64,000 nt of DNA from contig JASFIV010000002.1 of NCBI GenBank assembly GCA_050122475.1, positions 129 through 64,128 of the forward strand, read 5' to 3'. This DNA is from Desulfobacterales bacterium. GTDB lineage: Bacteria > Desulfobacterota > Desulfobacteria > Desulfobacterales > JAHEIW01. Both the position numbers and the translations under genes were made by a program. The first letter of the stretch is position 1. Each line of letters begins with the position of its first letter. This document shows positions 1 through 9,181 of this stretch, piece by piece. Below the pieces are notes generated by a model. That model saw nothing but the letters and a program-made list of their open reading frames with translations, did not search any database and was not told the origin of the DNA.

Positions 1-57
1 CATATTTTTGCATAACAATATTTTAACTCGTTCCGGAGGCGATCAAAAAAATGAGGT

Positions 58-238
58 CCGGTCATGTCATTTTCTGATTGGCGATATGATTCACAAAGTG
101 CGTGTGCCCCGATATTTGAAATTAGACCTATAACATAGGTTGCCCAATACATCGGTGCCTAACATTCCAAATATCGGAGCACGGTTACTTAATGGGTAAA
201 CCATTTGCATATCGCCATTCAGAAAACAACATGCCCGG
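58..238. repeat. Nested-palindrome MITE-like element, family 1, copy 1
   Basis: Outer arms 63-88 (CATGTCATTTTCTGATTGGCGATATG) and 208-233 (CATATCGCCATTCAGAAAACAACATG) are inverted repeats. Inner arms 104-118 (GTGCCCCGATATTTG) and 167-182 (CCAAATATCGGAGCAC) are also inverted. The reverse complement aligns along its whole length with 52940-53118. Confidence 0.75.
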
Positions 239-359
239 TTGGTAAGATCTGCACCGGTGACGCTGCCCGGGAAACTGGGTTATAGAGTAGGGCGCCTTTT
301 GATTATTGAATACCTGTTCGGCTGGCAGTATTCAACATACCGATTTTGACATAATCAAT

Positions 360-540
360 GTAATGGGGTACTGGATTAATGGAATACCGAAATAATGGAA
401 CAATGGAATGATGGAATACTGGGTTCGATGAAATGAGACCTAATTTTATATGTACATTCTCCATACAATTTTTAAATTCGGACATTGTCTGAAATTCAAA
501 CCCATTATTGCATTTTTCCACCATTCCATCATTCCAGAAG
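360..540. repeat. GGAAT-word hairpin upstream of the PLP-enzyme gene
   Basis: Run of TAATGGAAT/ATGGAAT words at 360-420. GGAATGATGGAAT (405-417) has an exact 13-nt inverted copy, ATTCCATCATTCC, at 523-535. Confidence 0.6.
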
Positions 541-610
541 CTATCAAAAGGCAAACACACCATCTCTGAGAAGCGGTTGGAGAAGCATCCGCACAGAAAG
601 GAGACCGCTG

Positions 611-1729
611 GTGAAGGGCAAACCTGTTATTTATCCGGTGCATTTGACGGCCACTTACAAATTTGAGCAATCTGACGATTTGATCGATGTCGTCCAGAAC
701 CGCAGCGGTTTTTTGTATTCACGCTGGGACAATCCCTCGGTGGTCGAAGTCGAAAATGAACTGGCGGCTCTTGAAGGCTATGACAAGGCTCTGGGCTTTG
801 GCTCGGGGATGGCGGCCATTACCACCGCGCTGACTGCTCATATGAGGACCGGCAGCCGCATCGTCGCCACCCGGCAATTGTATGGCGCCACTTTTGAGTT
901 TTTAAATGATGTCTTGCCCAAATTTAAAGTTGAAACGGTTTTTGCCGACTCCTGGGACACCGATCGCTTGCTTCAGGAGATCGCAAACGGTGTTGATATT
1001 GTTTACCTAGAATCCCCCACCAACCCTTTGCTGCGCATCGTGGATGTGGCCCCGCTGGCCCGGGCGGCGCACAAAAAAGGGGCTATCGTGATGTTGGACT
1101 CGACTTTTGCCTCACCGATCAATCAACGTCCGTTGGATTTAGGGGTCGACATTGTCATTCACAGTGCCACCAAATATATCGGCGGTCATCACGATATCAC
1201 CGCCGGGTTTTTGTGCTGCAACACACCGCATTTTGACAACCTCTGGACCTATCGTAAAATTATGGGTGGAGTCATGGACCCCATGAGCGCCTTTCTATCC
1301 TTGCGCGGGCTGAAAACGCTTCAACTCCGCATCCAGCAGCAAAACACGAATGCCCTGCGCATCGCCGAATTTTTGGAAGGACATTCGGAAATCAAAACCG
1401 TCTATTATCCGGGCTTATCATCCCATCCCGATCATGCAGTAGCGCAAAAACAGCTCTTGGGATTTGGTGGTATGCTCAGTTTTGAAATCGACGGCGATTT
1501 TGATCAAACCAAAGGATTTATGGACCGGCTCAGCCGTATTAAGCTGGCCACCAGCCTGGGGGGGGTTACCAGCCTGGCCAATCAACCCATTACCAACACC
1601 CATGCAGCCTTAAACCCGAAGGATCGCGCCAAAGCCGGTATCAGTGAAAGTCTGGTAAGGCTGTCGGTGGGCATCGAGCCGGTGGAAACACTTATTGATG
1701 ATCTGAAAAAAGCCTTGGAAAACAACTGA
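611..1729 (+). CDS. Cys/Met-metabolism PLP-dependent enzyme (cystathionine gamma-synthase / methionine gamma-lyase / O-acylhomoserine sulfhydrylase family)
   Basis: ORF 485-1729. It has the family-typical PLP-lysine motif HSATKYIGGHHD and overall Cys_Met_Meta_PP-like sequence. The start is moved to in-frame GTG 611 because AAAGGAG (597-603) lies 7 nt upstream and the 42 upstream codons lie in repeat DNA. Confidence 0.85.
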   Translation: MKGKPVIYPVHLTATYKFEQSDDLIDVVQNRSGFLYSRWDNPSVVEVENELAALEGYDKALGFGSGMAAITTALTAHMRTGSRIVATRQLYGATFEFLNDVLPKFKVETVFADSWDTDRLLQEIANGVDIVYLESPTNPLLRIVDVAPLARAAHKKGAIVMLDSTFASPINQRPLDLGVDIVIHSATKYIGGHHDITAGFLCCNTPHFDNLWTYRKIMGGVMDPMSAFLSLRGLKTLQLRIQQQNTNALRIAEFLEGHSEIKTVYYPGLSSHPDHAVAQKQLLGFGGMLSFEIDGDFDQTKGFMDRLSRIKLATSLGGVTSLANQPITNTHAALNPKDRAKAGISESLVRLSVGIEPVETLIDDLKKALENN

Positions 1730-1893
1730 GGAATGCGCGCCTGCAGGCGAGGGTAGTTCTTTAGCTGTGGATCTCTGCACAAAATTGGATCTAGACTGCC
1801 CGCCAATGTATCGCGCCGGCCCAACATTGCGTAATGATATATGGCGAGCATCAGCCGATGCGGTGTGATGGGTCGCAATAGGAATTAACGATT

Positions 1894-3933
1894 ATGAGTT
1901 CAGAAAACTTTTCTTCCCATACATTTCAAAGCTCTCAAAAATATTCTGATAACTCCGTCGTTTTTGATGGTGAGCGTTCTTCCTGGCAAAAGTATCTTGA
2001 GTTATCGCTTGCCAAACGCTACGAGCCGGATACTGTGGTGAGTGTAAAACCCATATCGGAATCAGATGGTTTTGAATTTAGTGCTTTAAATACGAATTCA
2101 AGTTCAGAGAAGCTGGTCCGTTTTTTAAATGACGGATTTACCCTTTTTTTAAAAAAGCTAAAGGAATACGAAACTGCCGCAGCTATTATTATAAGAGAGG
2201 TTTTTGCCAATTGGGCTAATGCGCTCGTTCCCGTTCAAATAAGGTGCAGTCATCATCTGCCAGCAGATTCAACAAGAGAGATTTTCCTGGATGACGACCT
2301 CAACATTAAAGAAGTATCTATCGTTCTGAATACCGATCTCATTAAAAGTGTATTCAAAGCGTATGAAAAAGTGTCTGATGGCAGAGAAGATGAACGGCTG
2401 GGGATTATGTGGGGCATCATCAAACCATTGCTGCATGAACTTGGGCATAGTAATTTGCCAAGGGACAGATTTTTTGAAGAAATCCATCAGGTATGGTGTG
2501 ATTGCGTGGCAATGAGAAATATTTTTTTTAAGAGCAAAAGGCAGAACGGTTGTCTTGTGCCCAATAAAGCAGGCAAAACATACATTAAATTTTATATAGA
2601 AAGAATGCTTCACAAAGGAATAAAGGTATCGAGAGACGAGATTTTTAGCCAACCGCTTTTCAAAATGCTGAACCATCTGCACCGTCTTGTCGGCGAAGAT
2701 ATGTTAAAAAAGCACAATGAGATAAAATTGCTAAAATTTGATGACCTTGCCGCCTCTGCAAAAGTGATTGTTCGAGGGTACCTTGACGATGAATACCTGA
2801 GGCCTTCCCTGGCACAAATTATGTCCAAAATACCTGAAGCTTACCAGCCCATGAAAATTACCATCAAAAAGAAGGGCGTCGAAACACCGCCTCCTAAAGT
2901 CGGGCGCTATGGAATCGAAGATGAAGAGGATCTTTCCGCATGGAATAAGGTGGCAGATAAATTCAAAAAGATTGGGTTAGTCATTGTCAGTCAGTTAGGT
3001 ATCGGAGAATTCGGTCGGGTGTATGAGGCCATAAATCTGATAAATCCAGGCTGGCCGGAAAGAGTAGCCGTCAAAGTCGATCGTATCTACAAAAAAAGAA
3101 AGAAGGAAGCCATACAGGTTGAAGATGTCATGTTACAATTATCACACGATTTGAGTAATTCTCCGCATGTGATCAGTATTTATGATGCGGGTTTGTTATC
3201 AAAAAAATACACCTACCATGTTTTACAGCTCGTTGCTGAGGGAGAAACCCTTGATGAGCTTATGGGGATCGGGGGAACAGAACCCACCAGCCGACCCACC
3301 AGTTTTGGCGAGGGAAACTCGCTTCAAAAACTCAGAGAGAAGTTTTTAAAACCGATCGGCCAACGGTCAAAACGAAAAAACCATCGCTTCTCAAGACCCC
3401 TGACACTCAATGAAACCATTGATATCATGGTGAGCATCCTCTTGTGGGTCGAGAAAGTTCACCGTTTAGGATATGTGATTAACGACGTCAAAACAGGTAA
3501 CGTCATGATGAATTGCCGTGGACAGATTAAGGGAATAGATTTGGACTTTTATCAAAGGTCTCCGTCTTTACCACAAGCCTTTATGCAGGATTTCTTCTTG
3601 CTCTCATGGGTATGTCTTCTCTTAATTATAAATGCGCCACGCAAAGATCCCTTGCCTTCAGAATCATTGAAAGATGACTTTGGAATTGCACTGCAAAAAG
3701 GAGCAGATTCCTTAAAAGATGCCTTGTCAGAGGAATGGAAATTTGTGGATTTATCAAGAGAGGATGCAGAAATGTTTCTCGATTGCTTTCTCGATATTAT
3801 TTTTCGTTCGCGCGTCAATACCTACGGAAAAAATCCAGATTTGTTCGAACAGGACATTAATAGACTCATCCATCTTAAACGGCTTTTTTTTGAACGCGAG
3901 ATTGTATTGACCGCGCCCAAATTGTACCATTAA
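1894..3933 (+). CDS. Hypothetical 679-aa fusion protein: N-terminal region with an HExxH motif, C-terminal divergent protein-kinase-like domain
   Basis: HELGH at aa 181-185 (nt 2434-2448). Kinase-like motifs: LGIGEFGRV (aa 368-376), VAVK (K394), catalytic-loop-like INDVKTGN (D531) and IDLDF (aa 548-552) about 18-20 aa later. Hand-sampled lines look clearly more AT-rich than the flanking genes. Confidence 0.7.
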   Translation: MSSENFSSHTFQSSQKYSDNSVVFDGERSSWQKYLELSLAKRYEPDTVVSVKPISESDGFEFSALNTNSSSEKLVRFLNDGFTLFLKKLKEYETAAAIIIREVFANWANALVPVQIRCSHHLPADSTREIFLDDDLNIKEVSIVLNTDLIKSVFKAYEKVSDGREDERLGIMWGIIKPLLHELGHSNLPRDRFFEEIHQVWCDCVAMRNIFFKSKRQNGCLVPNKAGKTYIKFYIERMLHKGIKVSRDEIFSQPLFKMLNHLHRLVGEDMLKKHNEIKLLKFDDLAASAKVIVRGYLDDEYLRPSLAQIMSKIPEAYQPMKITIKKKGVETPPPKVGRYGIEDEEDLSAWNKVADKFKKIGLVIVSQLGIGEFGRVYEAINLINPGWPERVAVKVDRIYKKRKKEAIQVEDVMLQLSHDLSNSPHVISIYDAGLLSKKYTYHVLQLVAEGETLDELMGIGGTEPTSRPTSFGEGNSLQKLREKFLKPIGQRSKRKNHRFSRPLTLNETIDIMVSILLWVEKVHRLGYVINDVKTGNVMMNCRGQIKGIDLDFYQRSPSLPQAFMQDFFLLSWVCLLLIINAPRKDPLPSESLKDDFGIALQKGADSLKDALSEEWKFVDLSREDAEMFLDCFLDIIFRSRVNTYGKNPDLFEQDINRLIHLKRLFFEREIVLTAPKLYH

Positions 3934-3982
3934 TCCCTTATGTCTTGTAATCCCATTACCGGATTTAAGAAAGGATTGAGTC

Positions 3983-4276
3983 ATGCCGCGCATGCCAATT
4001 GTGTCTACTGAATCAAACACTTCGATTTGCCTGCCGAACAGTTTGCTTCCCACTTTTTATATGGAGGATTATACTATATTGGGGCTTCGGGTTGGAAATT
4101 TGGGTGCAGCGGTCCGGTTACTCGAAAAAAACGGCATCGCGCTGCTGAAAAATGCGGGATACATTGAATTGTCCGTGGAACAAAAAGATCAAATTCTGCA
4201 TATCGTCCAACTGCTGAGAGCAAATGATGTTTCATGTGATATCGCCGATATTGTAGAGCAGGTATATCAGGGATGA
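3983..4276 (+). CDS. Small hypothetical protein, possibly ACT-like fold
   Basis: 97-aa ORF 49 nt downstream of the kinase-like gene on the same strand, with a weak AAGGA upstream. The YTILGLRVGNLGAAVRLLEKNGI...IELSV pattern resembles a beta-alpha-beta ACT unit. The start could instead be ATG 4061. Confidence 0.4.
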   Translation: MPRMPIVSTESNTSICLPNSLLPTFYMEDYTILGLRVGNLGAAVRLLEKNGIALLKNAGYIELSVEQKDQILHIVQLLRANDVSCDIADIVEQVYQG

Positions 4277-4392
4277 TAGGCCTCTACCTGCCGGTACGGT
4301 GGGTAGGCTAAACCATGGCGCAAGTTGTCGGCCCGACAACGCTCTCAGCAATGGTGATTACTTGGGTGTCGTACGATTTAAAGCCAAAGGTC

Positions 4393-5481
4393 TCATTTCC
4401 TATAGGATCTGTAATCCGTATACCCCTGAGCTCCTGGTGTGTACCACAAGGACATATCTTCAAATGGCGCAAGGGGCCAATTACTCTTTAAACGCTCTGG
4501 TAGGTCGGGATTGGTGATGAAAGGACGGCCGAAGGCTGCCAGATCCGCATGACCTGCTTTGAGTCTCTCTTCTGCTGTTTTCTTTGTATAGCCGCAATTG
4601 CCCATGATAATTCCGTCATATTCGGCCCGAAATTCAGCCAGCGTCATCGGTTCACCTTGATCATGAAAGCCGAAGGCAAGCCCATCCATGATGTGAACAT
4701 ATGCCAGATTTAATGTATCGAGTTCTTTTATGGTGTAGAGAAATATTTCTCGAAAATCAGGGCTGCCCATGTCATTGAATACGCCGTTGGGAGAAAGTCG
4801 GACACCCACTCGCTTTGACGGCCAAACCTCTAAAACAGCTGCCATCACTTCTTTTAAAAAACGATATTTATTCTTCAGGCTTCCGCCGTAATGATCCGTC
4901 CTTAAATTTGTTTTTGAGTCAAGAAATTGATTGATCAGATAGCCGTTGGCACTATGCACTTCGACGCCGCTGAAACCTGCTTCTTTGGCATTTGCAGCAG
5001 CGGTGCGATAATCGTTCACAGTGGCCTCGATGTCATCAACTGTCATAGCCCGTGGGGTTTCGTAGTCTTTTTTTCCAAGCGGCGTGTGAATCTGGTCACC
5101 CTTAAGTTTAACTGCTGAGGCTGAAACCGGCAGTTCTCCATTGTGAAAATCGCTGTGTGACGCCCTGCCACAATGCCACAGTTGCAGAAAGATAGGCGTG
5201 CCGGTGGGTTTCAGCTTTTGGGTGACGATTCGCCACCCTTTCACCATTTTATCGGTGTAGATGCCGGGTGAGTCTACCCAGCCGTTGCCTTGGGCGGAAA
5301 CAACCGTTGCCTCGGTAATCAGCAGACCGGCTGAAGCACGTTGGAAATAATATTCGGCCATTAGATCATTCGCAATGCGCTTCGCACCTGCACGCCCCCT
5401 GGTCATGGGTGCCAGAACGATTCTGTTTTTAAGTTCTAAGTCTCCCATCTGCAATGGTTCAAACAGCTTATAGTCCGTCAT
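4393..5481 (-). CDS. NADH:flavin oxidoreductase, Old Yellow Enzyme family (NemA / 12-oxophytodienoate reductase-like)
   Basis: 362-aa ORF with LAPMTRGRA near the N-terminus and HSANGYLINQFLDSKTNLRTDHYGGS, both typical of OYE-family FMN enzymes. Confidence 0.88.
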   Translation of the reverse strand: MTDYKLFEPLQMGDLELKNRIVLAPMTRGRAGAKRIANDLMAEYYFQRASAGLLITEATVVSAQGNGWVDSPGIYTDKMVKGWRIVTQKLKPTGTPIFLQLWHCGRASHSDFHNGELPVSASAVKLKGDQIHTPLGKKDYETPRAMTVDDIEATVNDYRTAAANAKEAGFSGVEVHSANGYLINQFLDSKTNLRTDHYGGSLKNKYRFLKEVMAAVLEVWPSKRVGVRLSPNGVFNDMGSPDFREIFLYTIKELDTLNLAYVHIMDGLAFGFHDQGEPMTLAEFRAEYDGIIMGNCGYTKKTAEERLKAGHADLAAFGRPFITNPDLPERLKSNWPLAPFEDMSLWYTPGAQGYTDYRSYRK

Positions 5482-5973
5482 GACGATCTCCTGTTGTCAA
5501 ATTTATGATGAAATAAAAAAGGAATTTTTTATAATAATCATCATTTGACTTTTGTCTGCTGCCAAATCGATTTTTCACATTGAAATGTGGTGATATGTGA
5601 TCACCATTGGGGGGGATTCTTGGATAATTACTGTAACCCGTTGTGAAAATTAACGGATTGCGGGACAGACCGATCTGACAACCGTGCTCAAACATAAAAG
5701 GATTTAATGTAACTAATGCGCAATCCCCCTTTATTCCCTCCCATTTAATTTCGTTCCTGCGCACAACTCTCATAGTATATTGATATTATTTATAATTTTT
5801 AACTTTATTTGCATTCGAAATTAGACTGTGATAAACTTTTTATAGAAATAATTACAACAAATTCGATAGCCTACGCCAGATTTCAAGCCTGCCCGTCTGA
5901 TTCCTTCTTCGGCAGATTTGAACAACCACCGATCATCTATCATCGGTTTTAGAGCAGATAGATAAGGACATCT

Positions 5974-7602
5974 GTGTTTATTCGCGGTCTGAGAACAAAA
6001 ATTGCATTCAATCTTGCCGTCCTATTTCTGGTGGCCATGTTGTTGATCAACATTGTGGCGATGATGACCGCCAAGCGTGACATTATCCGCAAGGAGGTTT
6101 CCAGAGGCCATTTTATGGTATCCACGCTCTCGGCTGATCTGTTGGATATTCTGAATTTGAGTACGCAATCAGTCCCCCAGGTTTCGCGGGCACAGGTGTT
6201 TGGCCTATTAGCCGAAGGCGGTGTTTCCGGTGCCATGGTTGTTGGCAAAAATAAGGAACGAGTGGCTTACGGCCAAATCTCGACGGCACTGCAAAATGAG
6301 TTGCTGAAACACGCCCGCAGCACCATGCAATCCCAGGAGCGCGCCACCCATTTTTTCGGGACCTCCTGGGGCGTATTCTGGAAACACCACCGTGATTTAA
6401 TCATTTCATCGCCGTTGCAGCAAAACGGACACATTGTTGCCGGCGTCAGCATTGTTTTGCCGCTTGAGGGAATTTATACAACCCTGCGACGATCTCAAAA
6501 AATGCTGTTTGTGTATTTGTTCTTAAATACCATTATATTGACCTTTATTGGCATTTATCGGCTCTCAAAGGTTTATTTTTTGCCTTTGGCAAGATTGGCG
6601 AGCCGGGCTGAAGACTATCATGAAGATGATGATATGCTCTTTTCCGTGCGCAAAGAAGATAATGAGTTGCACAAGTTATCGGCTTCCTTAAACAGTATGC
6701 TGCGACGCATATCTGCTGATAAAGAAAAGCTGCGTTCAACCGTCAATTCTCTTGAGCTCGCCAATCTGGAATTGAAAAAGGCCCAGGAAGAAATCATTCG
6801 GGCCGAAAAATTGGCTTCCGTGGGGCGATTGTCGGCCGGTATAGCCCACGAAATCGGCAATCCGATCGGCATTGTCATGGGATATCTCGACCTGCTCAAA
6901 CAAAAAGACACACCTGACAGCGAAAAAGCGGAGTATATTCAGCGCACAGAAGACGAAATCGAGCGCATCAACACCATCATCCGTCAGCTTTTAGAAATTT
7001 CACGACCGTCAAAGGCCGGCTTAAAGGTCGTAGCGGTCCATGATTTAATCGACGATATTGCCCAGGTTCTCAATGTACAGCCGTTGATGTCCAATATTGA
7101 ACTCGAATGCATTCTGGAAGCCCAAAACGACACCGTATTGGCCGATGCAAATCAGCTGCGACAGGTTTTTTTAAATTTGATTATCAATGCCGCTGATGCC
7201 ATCTCTTCAGCCGGCAACGCTGCGAATGGCAAGCTGGTGATCAAGAGCGGTCTGGTCGCTGAAAAACAAGACCCATCTGGGAAGTTGAAACAGTTTTTAA
7301 AAATTACCTTCATGGATAACGGTCCCGGAATATCTGAAGAAAATATCGGGAATATCTTTGACCCATTTTACACCACCAAAGAACCCGGTAAAGGAACTGG
7401 CCTGGGGCTTTCGGTTAGTTTTATGATTGTTCAAGGATTTGGCGGCGAGATGACCGTACATAGCGAAAAAGGCGAGGGCACCAGCTTGACGATATTACTG
7501 CCGGTAATTGAAGGCGAAGCCACCATGAACCGAAATCAAGATTTATCCTTAACCCCTTCGCTGCTGTCAACTGGCATAGATGGGCAGCCATTGGAACCAT
7601 AA
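5974..7602 (+). CDS. Sensor histidine kinase (membrane, HAMP-like linker, HisKA plus HATPase_c)
   Basis: H-box SAGIAHEIGNPIG, N-box LNLIINAADA, G1 DNGPGI, G2 GKGTGLGLS, and N-terminal hydrophobic segments. GTG start with AAGGA 5 nt upstream. Confidence 0.9.
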   Translation: MFIRGLRTKIAFNLAVLFLVAMLLINIVAMMTAKRDIIRKEVSRGHFMVSTLSADLLDILNLSTQSVPQVSRAQVFGLLAEGGVSGAMVVGKNKERVAYGQISTALQNELLKHARSTMQSQERATHFFGTSWGVFWKHHRDLIISSPLQQNGHIVAGVSIVLPLEGIYTTLRRSQKMLFVYLFLNTIILTFIGIYRLSKVYFLPLARLASRAEDYHEDDDMLFSVRKEDNELHKLSASLNSMLRRISADKEKLRSTVNSLELANLELKKAQEEIIRAEKLASVGRLSAGIAHEIGNPIGIVMGYLDLLKQKDTPDSEKAEYIQRTEDEIERINTIIRQLLEISRPSKAGLKVVAVHDLIDDIAQVLNVQPLMSNIELECILEAQNDTVLADANQLRQVFLNLIINAADAISSAGNAANGKLVIKSGLVAEKQDPSGKLKQFLKITFMDNGPGISEENIGNIFDPFYTTKEPGKGTGLGLSVSFMIVQGFGGEMTVHSEKGEGTSLTILLPVIEGEATMNRNQDLSLTPSLLSTGIDGQPLEP

Positions 7603-7683
7603 AGCCTTTTTAGGGCTGCAATTCAAAAATGAAACGGGATGTGAGATAGCTGCCTATAGCTGCTTTACAAGGAAACAAAACAA

Positions 7684-9072
7684 ATGACATCGAAAATGCC
7701 GGAAAAACGACTTCTCATTATCGACGACGAAGAAAACATGCGGCACATGCTTTCAAAGGTGCTCACCAAAGCCGGTTATACAATCGAGACCGCTTCCAAT
7801 GGTCATGAGGGCCTCAAAATGACCGACGGCAACGCATATGATTTTATCCTCTGTGATATTAAGATGCCCAATATGAATGGTATGGATTTTTTAAAAGCCG
7901 CACGCGATAAAATCAAATCCACTACGGTTATTATGATGTCAGCCTACGGCACCATCGACACCGCCATAGCAGCGATGAAGCTGGGTGCCTATGATTATAT
8001 TTCGAAACCCTTCAAAACCGATGAAGTTTATCTAACCCTGAAAAAGGCAGAAGAACGAGAAAGCCTCAGACAGGAAAATCAACAGCTCAAAGAACATATT
8101 AAAAAAATCGAAGGTAACTATAATTTCGGAAACCTGGTAGCTAAAAGCGAGGCCATGCAGAAAGTGTTTCGGGTGGCGGCCAAGGCGGCACAATATAAGA
8201 CCACCGTACTGATACTGGGCGATAGTGGAACCGGCAAGGAATTAGTTGCGCGGGCGATCCACAATGAAGGGGATCGTTCAAGCATGCCGCTGGTCCCGGT
8301 AAATTGCGGCGGCATACCCGAAACGCTACTGGAAAGTGAATTGTTCGGCTATAAAAAGGGCGCTTTCACCGGTGCCGATAAAAATAAAAAGGGATTGTTC
8401 CAGGAAGCCCATGGCGGTACAATTTTTCTGGATGAAATCGGTGAACTACCGCTGGCACTGCAGGTGAAGCTATTGAGGGTTTTGCAGGAAAACGAAGTCA
8501 GAATGATCGGAGATTCAAAGTCGACGCAAATTGACGTGCGCGTCATAGCAGCCACCTCAAGAAATCTTGATGAAGATGTCAAAAAGAGCGCCTTTAGAGA
8601 AGATCTTTATTATCGTTTAAATGTTCTGTCGATAAAAATTCCGCCATTGCGGGAGAGGGCTGAGGACATCCCGTTGCTGTGCGATCATTTTATACAGCGG
8701 TTTAACCGCAGCCTGAATAAAGAAATAACCAGCATTGCACCTGCTGCCATGTCGCGTCTGCTGGAATACCCTTGGCCCGGCAATGTCAGAGAGCTAGAAA
8801 ATGCCATCGAACGGGCGCTGGTGCTGGTTGAAGGCCATGTGCTTTTGCCCGAGCATTTTCCTTCGGATCTCGGGCAGCAAATGGGGGGAAATACCTCTGA
8901 TTTGCTTTTTGATGGGTTTTCTCTAAAAGCAGCTCAGAAAATCATGGAAGAAAAGCTGATTACCAGAGCTCTCAAAGAGACGGGAGGCAATCGCACTCAG
9001 GCAGCCCGTCTGCTGGAGATTAGCCATCCGTCGTTGCTTACCAAGATCAAATTATACAATATCGACCTATAA
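7684..9072 (+). CDS. Sigma54-dependent response regulator (NtrC/AtoC family)
   Basis: Receiver domain (DIKMPNMNG), AAA+ Walker A GDSGTGKE, sigma54-contact GAFTGA motif, and a C-terminal Fis-type HTH. It lies directly downstream of the histidine kinase. Confidence 0.93.
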   Translation: MTSKMPEKRLLIIDDEENMRHMLSKVLTKAGYTIETASNGHEGLKMTDGNAYDFILCDIKMPNMNGMDFLKAARDKIKSTTVIMMSAYGTIDTAIAAMKLGAYDYISKPFKTDEVYLTLKKAEERESLRQENQQLKEHIKKIEGNYNFGNLVAKSEAMQKVFRVAAKAAQYKTTVLILGDSGTGKELVARAIHNEGDRSSMPLVPVNCGGIPETLLESELFGYKKGAFTGADKNKKGLFQEAHGGTIFLDEIGELPLALQVKLLRVLQENEVRMIGDSKSTQIDVRVIAATSRNLDEDVKKSAFREDLYYRLNVLSIKIPPLRERAEDIPLLCDHFIQRFNRSLNKEITSIAPAAMSRLLEYPWPGNVRELENAIERALVLVEGHVLLPEHFPSDLGQQMGGNTSDLLFDGFSLKAAQKIMEEKLITRALKETGGNRTQAARLLEISHPSLLTKIKLYNIDL

Positions 9073-9076
9073 AAGA

Positions 9077-9180
9077 GTAACCCGTTGAGCCCGTTAACCC
9101 GTTTGCCGGTTAAAAGATAAAACCAGACCTTTTCCTCTTTTAACGGGCTTAACCGGCCAACCGGCTCAACCGGATAACCG
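9077..9180. repeat. Low-complexity inverted repeat (AACCCGTT/AACCGG words) between convergent genes
   Basis: Left arm GTAACCCGTTGAGCCCGTTAACCCGTTTGCCGGTTAAAAG pairs imperfectly with right arm CTTTTAACGGGCTTAACCGGCCAACCGGCTCAACCGGATAACC. It probably also acts as a bidirectional terminator. Confidence 0.7.
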
Positions 9181-9181
9181 A

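Noticed and set aside
1-57. Possible gene start at the extreme left edge (CAT at 1-3, which is ATG on the minus strand).
   Set aside because: Only the putative start codon is visible, so it cannot be supported from this window.
485-610. Upstream extensions of track ORFs: 485-610 for the PLP enzyme, 21772-21831 for glyQ, 56516-56563 for the dehydrogenase, 61139-61213 for the aor-downstream gene and 41426-41503 for the ABC ATPase.
   Set aside because: The extensions run through repeat or hairpin DNA or into the preceding gene. Better internal starts with Shine-Dalgarno sequences or stop/start overlap exist.
2434-2448. Calling the 679-aa protein a bona fide zinc metalloprotease.
   Set aside because: A lone HExxH pentapeptide occurs by chance fairly often, and I cannot identify the third zinc ligand or a Met-turn by eye. 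It is kept only as a motif-level observation inside the finding.
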